From Bacilli bacterium (lineage in GTDB: Bacteria > Bacillota_I > Bacilli_A > RFN20 > CAG-826): a stretch of 64,000 nt of DNA. The stretch spans positions 1 to 64,000 of the forward strand of contig JAZLKX010000046.1 in assembly GCA_045597865.1 (NCBI GenBank), written 5' to 3'. The notes beneath the pieces were generated by a model that did not search any database, was not told where the DNA came from, and saw only the letters and a list, made by a program, of their open reading frames with translations. This document shows, in pieces, positions 37,500-44,649 of the stretch; position 1 is the first letter of the stretch, and each line of letters starts with the position of its first letter. A program made the position numbers and the translations under genes.

Positions 37500-38630
37500 T
37501 TTATTTAACATTGCAAGCATACACAATCAACCTACGAGGGTTACCCCTGTCAGTCAAAAATAAGCCCCCACTTCGTTAATTATTCTCCGCTCATATTTTT
37601 TCAAAAAAAAATTAAAAAGACTTTTTTGAATCCAATAATTTCGGATTAATTAATAGATGAAAAATTTTTCTAAAAAAAATTGAAAAAAAATTTTTAAAAA
37701 AAATAGATATAGACAAAGATTAAAAAATGAGATTTAAGACCATTTTTCTTCGGTTTAAGAAACTTTAATATCAAAGATGATAAAGTCATTGATTTTTTAA
37801 AAATAATGTCTTAGAATTAAAATTTTAAAATTTAATAAAAATAAACTTTGAAGAATAAAACCAAGGAAAGATTTAAAAATCGAAAATTGAGTTTAAAAAA
37901 ATGAAAATGGTTTTAGAAATGATTTAAATGGAATTAACAGGATTTTTAAAGATTGAAAAAATTAATAAAGATTTTAGTTAGTGATTAATAGACACAACAT
38001 ATCGAATTTAGCCATTTTTAAACGATTTAAGAGATTTTAATTTGGAAGTTGAACAATTTATCGACTTTTGAAAAATAATGGCTTAAAACGAAGATTTTGA
38101 AGGTTGATTAAAAATTGAGATTGAGGAAAGAGATTTGAAGTTGGAGTTGAAGGATTTTATTTGGACCTCGAAAAAAAATTTTGGGTTGGGGTTTAAAAGT
38201 TCTTTGATTACTTTCTTACAAGAAAGTAATGCCACGCGGCGAGCGGTTTCTCTTTTTCTTTTTTCTGTTTCTTTGCTTTTTTCTTTTTTTATTTTCTTTT
38301 TTCTTTTCTTTTTTCTTTTATCTTTTTTCTCTCTTTACTTCTTTTTCTTTTATGTTACTTTTCTTTTTCTTCGTTTCTCTCTTTTTTCGTTTTTCTTTTT
38401 TCTTTTCTTTTTTCTTTGTTTTTTTTCTTTTTTCATTTCTTTATCTTTTTTCTTTTTCTCTTTATGAGCTTGTCTAAAGTTAGGATATAGTTTACAAAAC
38501 CTTGTTATAGACCTTGTATTGATAGGTATATACTTTACTTTCTGTTAGGTGTATAAAATACACTTAATGAATAAATAAATTGTTAATTGCATAAAAACAA
38601 GGATTTTTTACATTAGAAAAAAAGTTTAAT
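37500..38630. other. Non-coding divergence region between the two arms
   Basis: Gene orientation switches here; extremely AT-rich; contains a polypyrimidine tract. Confidence 0.65.
38246..38464 (+). repeat. Polypyrimidine low-complexity tract
   Basis: ~220 nt that is almost only T and C. Confidence 0.85.
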
Positions 38631-38656
38631 TTTTTTTGAAAAAAGTTGCGAAAAAA

Positions 38657-38688
38657 TTTGGAAATGTGTTTTATAAACACTATATTTG
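38657..38688 (+). promoter_or_regulatory. Rightward promoter with operator
   Basis: TTTGGAAATGTGTTTTATAAACACTATATTTG, near-identical to the leftward promoter at ~19980. Confidence 0.8.
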
Positions 38689-38710
38689 CATTGTCAAAAG
38701 ATTTAAAGAT

Positions 38711-38869
38711 ATGTGGAAAGTTGAGATAGTTCAGGGAGGAGAATCGAAGATGATAGAGTTCTTGAACGAGAATAAAATAAAACCTGAGGATATATACAAG
38801 ATTGAGAGTGTAAGTCCGAGGGAAATAAAAATAATTTACTATGACAGACGAGGAAAAACAAATAGATAA
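38711..38869 (+). CDS. Small hypothetical protein
   Basis: Start MWKVEIVQ lies downstream of the promoter. Confidence 0.5.
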   Translation: MWKVEIVQGGESKMIEFLNENKIKPEDIYKIESVSPREIKIIYYDRRGKTNR

Positions 38870-39047
38870 TGAACCATTTTATTTCTGCAAGAATTGCGGT
38901 AGTCCGAAGATCTTAATGGTAGATGGGATAGACTACTGCGATGATTGCGGTAGTGATTCTATCCACGAGGGGACGATAGAAGAATGGCTTAATAGTGAAG
39001 TGAAAAACAAGTACGATAATAGCAAAAAGCGGAAGGACTCATTTTGA
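38841..39047 (+). CDS. Zn-ribbon protein
   Basis: EPFYFCKNCGS..I.....YCDDCGS....GTIEEW, recalled as a crAss-like conserved gene. Confidence 0.7.
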   Translation: MTDEEKQIDNEPFYFCKNCGSPKILMVDGIDYCDDCGSDSIHEGTIEEWLNSEVKNKYDNSKKRKDSF

Positions 39048-39182
39048 TTTTAATTGATTTTAAGTTTGTAATTTTAAGTTTTTAATTATTAATTGGGCAT
39101 ATTCTTTTTAATTGAACTTATTGGAATTGAAAGAGTTTATTATGTTTTGGATATGCCCAAATTTATTTAGTGTTTTAGAGAT

Positions 39183-39252
39183 TGCGGGGTAGTGTAATGG
39201 TTGCACGTTAGGCTCATAACCTAGAAGTCCTGTTCGATTCAGGCGACCGCTA
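39183..39252 (+). tRNA. tRNA-Met (CAU), initiator-like, imperfect acceptor stem
   Basis: TTAGG-CTCATAA-CCTAG arm, CCTG-TTCGATT-CAGG, 1:72 mismatch. Confidence 0.7.
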
Positions 39253-39289
39253 CTAATAATAGAATGTTAAATTTTAAAAACAAATAAAG

Positions 39290-39982
39290 ATGAATGAAGT
39301 AAAGATTTTTGAAAACCAAGAATTTGGTAGTGTAAGAACAGTAGTAAATGGAGACAAAGTTCTTTTTTGTGGCTCTGATGTAGCAAAAGTATTAGGTTAT
39401 GCAAGACCAAATGATGCTATAAATCAACATTGTAAGGGTGATGCGGTGTTTTGCCGTATCATCGACTCACTTGGTAGAGAGCAAGAAGCAAGATTTATTA
39501 CAGAAGGTGATGTTTACAGACTAATTGCTCACTCAAAACTACCAGCAGCACAAAAATTTGAAAGTTGGGTATTCGACGAAGTATTACCAACAATTCGTAA
39601 GACTGGTTCTTATGTACCACAATCATTTGCCGAAGCGTTGAAACTTGCTTACGAGCAACAACTAAAGATTGAACAACAAAGCAAAGAGATTAAAGCTCTA
39701 CAACCAAAAGCAGATTATTTTGACGATTTGGTAGAAAGAAATCTACTGACAAACTTTAGAGATACTGCTAAAGAATTTAATATGAACCAAAAGGTTTTTA
39801 TTAATTGGTTGATGGACAATCACTACATATTTAGAGATAATAAAGGTCAATTAAAACCTTATAACGAACATGTTGTAAATGATTTGTTTAATATTAAAGA
39901 ATGGAAAACAAAAGACAGTACAGGTATTCAAACATTGATTACTTGCAAAGGAAAGGAAACATTTAGACTGTTGATCAAATAA
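39290..39982 (+). CDS. Bro-N plus KilAC/ANT antirepressor
   Basis: FENQEFGSVR...SDVAKVLGY...EVLPTIRKTGSY; PKADYFD...FRDTAK. Confidence 0.9.
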   Translation: MNEVKIFENQEFGSVRTVVNGDKVLFCGSDVAKVLGYARPNDAINQHCKGDAVFCRIIDSLGREQEARFITEGDVYRLIAHSKLPAAQKFESWVFDEVLPTIRKTGSYVPQSFAEALKLAYEQQLKIEQQSKEIKALQPKADYFDDLVERNLLTNFRDTAKEFNMNQKVFINWLMDNHYIFRDNKGQLKPYNEHVVNDLFNIKEWKTKDSTGIQTLITCKGKETFRLLIK

Positions 39983-40037
39983 ATTACTTCATTCATAAAG
40001 AGGGCAAAGTTACCTATGTAATATAAAGCCCTCATAT

Positions 40038-40112
40038 GGACCTTTAGCTCAGTTGGTTTAGAGCAAGAAACTCATAATTTCGAGGTCGTAGGTTCAAGTC
40101 CTGCAAGGTCCA
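40038..40112 (+). tRNA. tRNA with CAU anticodon (Ile2 or elongator Met)
   Basis: Full cloverleaf GGACCTT/AAGGTCC, CTCATAA loop, GGTTCAAGTCC. Confidence 0.9.
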
Positions 40113-40196
40113 CACGGGGCTACACTGATAGTAAACATATTTTACTAAAAGGTGGTATGGCAATCAGTTCAGTGTTTAGCCTTGTTTTAAAAATGG

Positions 40197-40347
40197 TGTA
40201 TTGATACGCTCTAATGTTACGGTGTAGTTGCTTATGTTAATGGTGTGGGCAGGGTAACGAAGTTCTCTGAGATAAAGCAGAAGCCCGAATAAGACCTTTA
40301 TTCCTTAGTGCACAAATGGGAATGTGGAAAGAAGCGACAACAATACA
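40197..40347 (+). ncRNA. Putative structured RNA of unknown class
   Basis: Nested pairings TGTATTG/CAATACA, GTTGCTT/AAGCGAC, GGGC/GCCC, ATTCCT/GGGAAT; GC higher than the flanks. Confidence 0.4.
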
Positions 40348-40349
40348 AA

Positions 40350-40421
40350 AGAACCTTAGTTTTAAATGGATAGAACAGCTCCCTAAAGGAGAAGATAAGA
40401 GTTCAAGTCTCTTAGGTTCAC
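40350..40421 (+). tRNA. tRNA-like gene with a contracted anticodon loop
   Basis: GAACCT/AGGTTC acceptor, D arm, AAGAG-TTCAAGT-CTCTT T arm; anticodon arm CTCC-CTAAA-GGAG. Confidence 0.6.
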
Positions 40422-40581
40422 AATTAAAAATTTTTTTTTCGTTTTTTTTAATTGAAATTGAGTTTTTGGAGAAAAAATCAGCTCCTGTGAAGCTAGTTGA
40501 TTTTCTGTTATAGACTGACTACGTGTCAAATAATAGTTCAAATACAAAAGAGAACATATAACATTTTTAAACAAGAAAGGA

Positions 40582-41019
40582 ATGGAAATAAAGTATAATA
40601 ACATAATAGCAAAAAAGATAGATAACGTCTATGATTTTTATTTTACTTGGTTGTCGTTTCATAATCCTATTTTAGGGTTGACAATGCGAGAAATAAAAGT
40701 TTTAGCGTATTTATTGAAACGAAGAAAAGAAATATTAGAAACTAAGAAAGACTTATCTGAGAAAGAGATTTATGATATAATGATTTCTAAAAATGAAAGA
40801 GAAAGTCTTATAGCATTTCTAGAACAAAGATGGACAAGAGATTTGACAGACAGTCATCTTCAAGTAATATTTTCGATGCTTAGAAAAAGAAAATTACTAA
40901 GTAAAGAAGATGGGTTTAATAAAAAGATATTACCAAAGAAAAAAGAAAATAAGACAGCTCAAATATTAATCTTAATCGACATATGCAACCAAGACATTAT
41001 CAAACAGTTAGAGATATAA
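40582..41019 (+). CDS. wHTH-like protein conserved upstream of crAss structural modules
   Basis: LTMREIKVLAYLL...HLQVIFSMLRKRK; synteny. Confidence 0.55.
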   Translation: MEIKYNNIIAKKIDNVYDFYFTWLSFHNPILGLTMREIKVLAYLLKRRKEILETKKDLSEKEIYDIMISKNERESLIAFLEQRWTRDLTDSHLQVIFSMLRKRKLLSKEDGFNKKILPKKKENKTAQILILIDICNQDIIKQLEI

Positions 41020-41246
41020 CAACCATTATTCAACAAAAAACTAAAGATGAGAATGGTAAGAATAGATACACTAAACACCAAATTTCAGTGTGTTTAAATG
41101 CGTTTCTTAAACACTTACATTATATGATTCATCACTCTAACAGAATAGAGTCGGTAGAAGATGTAAATAAAAAAGAGTTTAATCGAGTGATTATGAATAA
41201 TCTAGGAACTTTTTATATAAAACATAAAATAAAACCTCAAAAATAA
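40983..41246 (+). CDS. IHF/HU-like protein
   Basis: Helical N-terminus and NNLGTFYIK; crAss synteny. Confidence 0.5.
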   Translation: MQPRHYQTVRDITTIIQQKTKDENGKNRYTKHQISVCLNAFLKHLHYMIHHSNRIESVEDVNKKEFNRVIMNNLGTFYIKHKIKPQK

Positions 41247-41627
41247 ATGGAAGAATTTAAAAGAGAAAACTACAAACCTATTGGAAGTAGATTAGTTGTA
41301 ACAGCCAATAGATATTCGGAAGAAAATGAAAGTAGTAAAATCAGCGGAGTAAAGATAATTAAAGTTGAAGAAATCAACGAATATTACAAAGAAGTTCAAA
41401 CAGTTGTAGCAGTTGGTACTGACAATGTTTATGGACTAAAAGTTGGTGATAAAGTTAGAATTAGCCTTAGCAACTATCCTTTGATTGGATATGAAGAAAA
41501 ACCATTCCAAAAGAAAGACAAAGTTGTCGAGAGCCAATTAAAAGGATTTGCTCCACCAAGTGTTACACTGGACGGAGAACAATGCCTAGAAATCTACCAA
41601 GCAGATGTTAGAGCAATTTTAAGTTAA
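41247..41627 (+). CDS. GroES-like co-chaperonin
   Basis: KPIGSRLVV...VVAVG....LKVGDKV...DVRAIL. Confidence 0.7.
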   Translation: MEEFKRENYKPIGSRLVVTANRYSEENESSKISGVKIIKVEEINEYYKEVQTVVAVGTDNVYGLKVGDKVRISLSNYPLIGYEEKPFQKKDKVVESQLKGFAPPSVTLDGEQCLEIYQADVRAILS

Positions 41628-41646
41628 ATAATTAAAAATAAAAGCT

Positions 41647-41838
41647 ATGGCAAAAAGAAATGAAATTTGTTGTCTTGCTTCTATTATTAGACGCGGACTA
41701 ATAATAGTAAATAGAGGAGAAAAAACTCTAACCTATAATCCTAACATTACTCACATTGGTAACAAAACATGGGGTATGTTGGATTACCTAACAAAATATT
41801 GTGGTTGGTCTTTGGTAAAAGATTACAAATTAAAATAA
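41647..41838 (+). CDS. Hypothetical protein
   Basis: IGNKTWGMLDYL pattern recalled from crAss-like phages. Confidence 0.6.
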   Translation: MAKRNEICCLASIIRRGLIIVNRGEKTLTYNPNITHIGNKTWGMLDYLTKYCGWSLVKDYKLK

Positions 41839-41853
41839 AAATTTAAATACAAT

Positions 41854-42147
41854 ATGCAAACATTTGATTTATCACTTGAAAATACACAACTATGGGAAGG
41901 TTGTGAAATAGAAGAAGTAGCAGGACGTAAAAACGTAACAACTCCAATGCAAGAAGCTATCAACAAAATTGGTAGAAATGCAAAAGAAATGCTTTATCCA
42001 ATAGTTGATGATACTATCGTTCTAACTGGAGCAGCTCCAGTTTGGGCATATCTAACAGTTTTTCATCAAGCAGTTCACAGATTCTCTAATGTTTATTACA
42101 ACGATGGACGAGGAGGCGAGGCAAAAGTTGCAAAACATTCTCACTAA
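41854..42147 (+). CDS. Csx3/Crn3-like ring nuclease
   Basis: IVLTGAAPVWAY...H...H...NDGRGG...VAKHS aligns with the Csx3 signature VISGRGPIWL...H...H...YDPRLG...SHS. Confidence 0.65.
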   Translation: MQTFDLSLENTQLWEGCEIEEVAGRKNVTTPMQEAINKIGRNAKEMLYPIVDDTIVLTGAAPVWAYLTVFHQAVHRFSNVYYNDGRGGEAKVAKHSH

Positions 42148-42180
42148 TTAGTACGAACAATCTTCGTATCAGATACATCT

Positions 42181-42328
42181 GGTAGTAGTCGATGATGATG
42201 AAAAACAATGCGTAAACAATCCTTACGCATTAAAAGGTCAACAAGAGCAATGGTTTCTTACAGAAGACGGACTTTATGAAGTTCTTATGCTTTCTCGTAA
42301 ACCAATCGCTAAAGAGTTTAAAAAATAA
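42181..42328 (+). pseudogene. Bro-N fragment
   Basis: VDDDEK...QEQWFLTEDGLYEVLMLSRKPIAKEFKK*, with no N-terminus. Confidence 0.75.
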
Positions 42329-42334
42329 AAAGCT

Positions 42335-43033
42335 ATGACAGAGTTAATCGCAATTAAAAACGATAACGGTAAACAAACCGTATCAGCAAGAGAACTACAC
42401 GAAAAGTTGGGTATTGAAACACGCTTTAATGATTGGTTTAAGCGTATGTGTGAGTATGGTTTTGAAGAAAAAGTAGATTTTGTAGCTATTACTCAAAAAA
42501 GAGTAACAGCTCAAGGTAATGAAACAACATTTACTGATTACGCTATCACTCTTGATATGGCGAAAGAAATCTGTATGATTCAACGTACAGAAATTGGCAA
42601 AAAGTTTCGTCAATATTTTATCGAAGCTGAAAAGCAATTCAGAAATATTGTTGAAGGCAAACAACAAGTAGAAGGTGTTTCAGATTTACAATTTAGAATT
42701 GCTGTTTACGATAGACTTCACGCTCTTGCTAACGAGTACGAAGGAAAATCTAAAACTTACAAACAAATACTTGATGCTCACGCTACTAAAGAATTGACAG
42801 GAGAGTTTTTGTTACCTCTACCAAGTCCTACAAAAAAAACTTATTCGGCTACTGAAATCGGAGAGAAACTTGGTATCTCTGCTAATAAGGTTGGTATTAT
42901 TGCTAACAAATACAAACTTAAAACAGAAGAGTTTGGCGAATGGCAAAGAACAAAGTCTAAATATTCTGCAAAAGAACTAGATACTTTTGTTTATTATGAT
43001 TCAGTAATCGAAAAATTAAAAGAATTAGTTTAA
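42335..43033 (+). CDS. AntA/AntB-family antirepressor
   Basis: VSARELHEKL...FNDWFKRM.EYGF...LDMAKEICMIQR...RQYFIEAEK. Confidence 0.9.
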   Translation: MTELIAIKNDNGKQTVSARELHEKLGIETRFNDWFKRMCEYGFEEKVDFVAITQKRVTAQGNETTFTDYAITLDMAKEICMIQRTEIGKKFRQYFIEAEKQFRNIVEGKQQVEGVSDLQFRIAVYDRLHALANEYEGKSKTYKQILDAHATKELTGEFLLPLPSPTKKTYSATEIGEKLGISANKVGIIANKYKLKTEEFGEWQRTKSKYSAKELDTFVYYDSVIEKLKELV

Positions 43034-43107
43034 TATTAAAAGCATAAAGCAATTGATATACTAAAAACATTATGGAGAAGTTCATAATATAAAATATTAA
43101 TTAGGAT

Positions 43108-43193
43108 AGCCGATTAGCCGAATTGGTATAGGCGGCAGACTTAAAATCTGCTCACCTGAAAAGGTGGTAAGGGTTCAAGTCCCTTATCGGCTA
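43108..43193 (+). tRNA. tRNA-Leu (UAA)
   Basis: AGCCGAT/ATCGGCT, GCAGA-CTTAAAA-TCTGC, long variable arm CACC-TGAAAA-GGTG. Confidence 0.88.
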
Positions 43194-43221
43194 CTGTTTT
43201 ATTACACATATATTATTTGGA

Positions 43222-43308
43222 AGCCTTGTAGTTTAACTGGTAGAACGCTGTATTGCAATAGATAGGGATTGCTTTATGGTAGTGCAGGTTCAAATCCTGT
43301 CAAGGTTG
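43222..43308 (+). tRNA. tRNA-like gene with 15 extra nt in the anticodon loop
   Basis: AGCCTTG/CAAGGTT, GTTT/GAAC D stem, GCAGG-TTCAAAT-CCTGT; 22-nt loop. Confidence 0.65.
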
Positions 43309-43378
43309 CAAAGTACCAAACTGAAAAATTGCAGTTTGGCTGAACATTAGAATATTAATATTAATAAAAAAACATAAT

Positions 43379-44149
43379 ATGACAGGCGAAATTAAAATCT
43401 TTGAGAAAGAAGAATTTGGGAAGGTAAGAACCTTAGTAATCGACAATGAACCTTGGTTTGTCGGAAAAGATGTTGCTAGTATCTTGGGGTATTCAAATAC
43501 AAAAGATGCTTTAATTAAACACGTTGACGAAGAAGACAGAAACATTTTGAAAGGTAGCGATTTACGACCTTTGGAAAATCACATTCCAAAAGACGTTTTA
43601 CCTGTTGATTTTGTTCAAATAGATGTTCCTAATAGAGGCTTAACTATTATTAATGAGTCAGGTGTTTATTCGTTGATTCTAGGTAGTAAACTCCCTGAAG
43701 CAAAACAATTCAAACATTGGGTTACAAGTGAAGTATTACCTTCTATTCGTAAAACAGGAACTTACAATTTGCCACAAGATTATTTATCAGCTCTAAAAGC
43801 TCTTGTTGTTTCGGAAGAACAAAAACAAACACTAGCTTTGGAAAATGCAGAAATGAAACCAAAGGCAGAGTATTATGATGCACTATGTAATAGAGAACAT
43901 TTGACAAACTTTAGAGATACAGCAAAGCAACTAGGAGTAAGTCAAAGCGATTTTATTCAATTACTTTTGGATAACAATTATATATATAGAGATAAGCACA
44001 AACATTTGAAACCTTATAATCAATATATTCAAAAAGATAATCGATTATTTAAAATCAAAGACTTTGCATCTTCAACTAGTGAACACGCAGGTTGTCAAAC
44101 ATTGATAACAATTAAAGGTAAACAAGAATTTATGAAACTTTTAAAATAA
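43379..44149 (+). CDS. Bro-N plus KilAC/ANT antirepressor
   Basis: EPWFVGKDVASILGY...INESGVYSLI..SKLP...EVLPSIRKTG; PKAEYYD. Confidence 0.92.
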   Translation: MTGEIKIFEKEEFGKVRTLVIDNEPWFVGKDVASILGYSNTKDALIKHVDEEDRNILKGSDLRPLENHIPKDVLPVDFVQIDVPNRGLTIINESGVYSLILGSKLPEAKQFKHWVTSEVLPSIRKTGTYNLPQDYLSALKALVVSEEQKQTLALENAEMKPKAEYYDALCNREHLTNFRDTAKQLGVSQSDFIQLLLDNNYIYRDKHKHLKPYNQYIQKDNRLFKIKDFASSTSEHAGCQTLITIKGKQEFMKLLK

Positions 44150-44154
44150 AATAA

Positions 44155-44526
44155 ATGGAAGGAAATCAAAAGAATATCAACGATTTATCTAGAGAAGAAT
44201 TGATTGAGGTTGCAAAAAACCAAAATCAATATATTCAATCTCTACAAGATGAAAATATCAATCTAAGAAACGCAGTACAAAGTAAAAAACTTGCTTTCTA
44301 TATTGAAGTAGTAAAGAACAAAACTAGCTTTGACTTCGAGTTCGTAGAAAAGTCTAAAACCATCATTCAGAAAATGTTAAATCCTGATGTTGATTTGCAA
44401 ATGCTCAATGAAGAAGAAACAGAAAAAGAAAATTGGCAAATGAACGAAGAAGAAGCAAAAGTTGATAAACTAGATGAAGAAGCAATTAGATTGTTAAAAG
44501 AATGTAAAGCACAAGAAGTTCAGTAA
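44155..44526 (+). CDS. Hypothetical coiled-coil protein
   Basis: LSREEL...FDFEFV pattern; crAss synteny. Confidence 0.6.
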   Translation: MEGNQKNINDLSREELIEVAKNQNQYIQSLQDENINLRNAVQSKKLAFYIEVVKNKTSFDFEFVEKSKTIIQKMLNPDVDLQMLNEEETEKENWQMNEEEAKVDKLDEEAIRLLKECKAQEVQ

Positions 44527-44552
44527 TTTTCATTTTATTTTTTAATTGTTTT

Positions 44553-44590
44553 TAGCTGTCTTTCCGAAAGGATTGGCAGCTTTTTTATTT
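44553..44590 (+). terminator. Intrinsic terminator
   Basis: AGCTGTC...GGCAGCT plus T tract. Confidence 0.75.
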
Positions 44591-44634
44591 TAAAAATTAG
44601 TGTGAAAATTTTGTAGAAAATATATATATTTTTG
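44585..44634 (+). promoter_or_regulatory. Late-type promoter
   Basis: TTATTTTAAAAATTA ends 35 nt before the end of TATTTTTG. Confidence 0.6.
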
Positions 44635-44649
44635 TAAAAAAGTAATTCT

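Noticed and set aside
38135-38477. Phe/Ser/Leu-rich + strand ORFs
   Set aside because: Artefacts of the polypyrimidine tract.
41600-42400. CRISPR array or cas operon around the Csx3-like gene
   Set aside because: No regularly spaced repeats or other cas genes were seen anywhere in the window.
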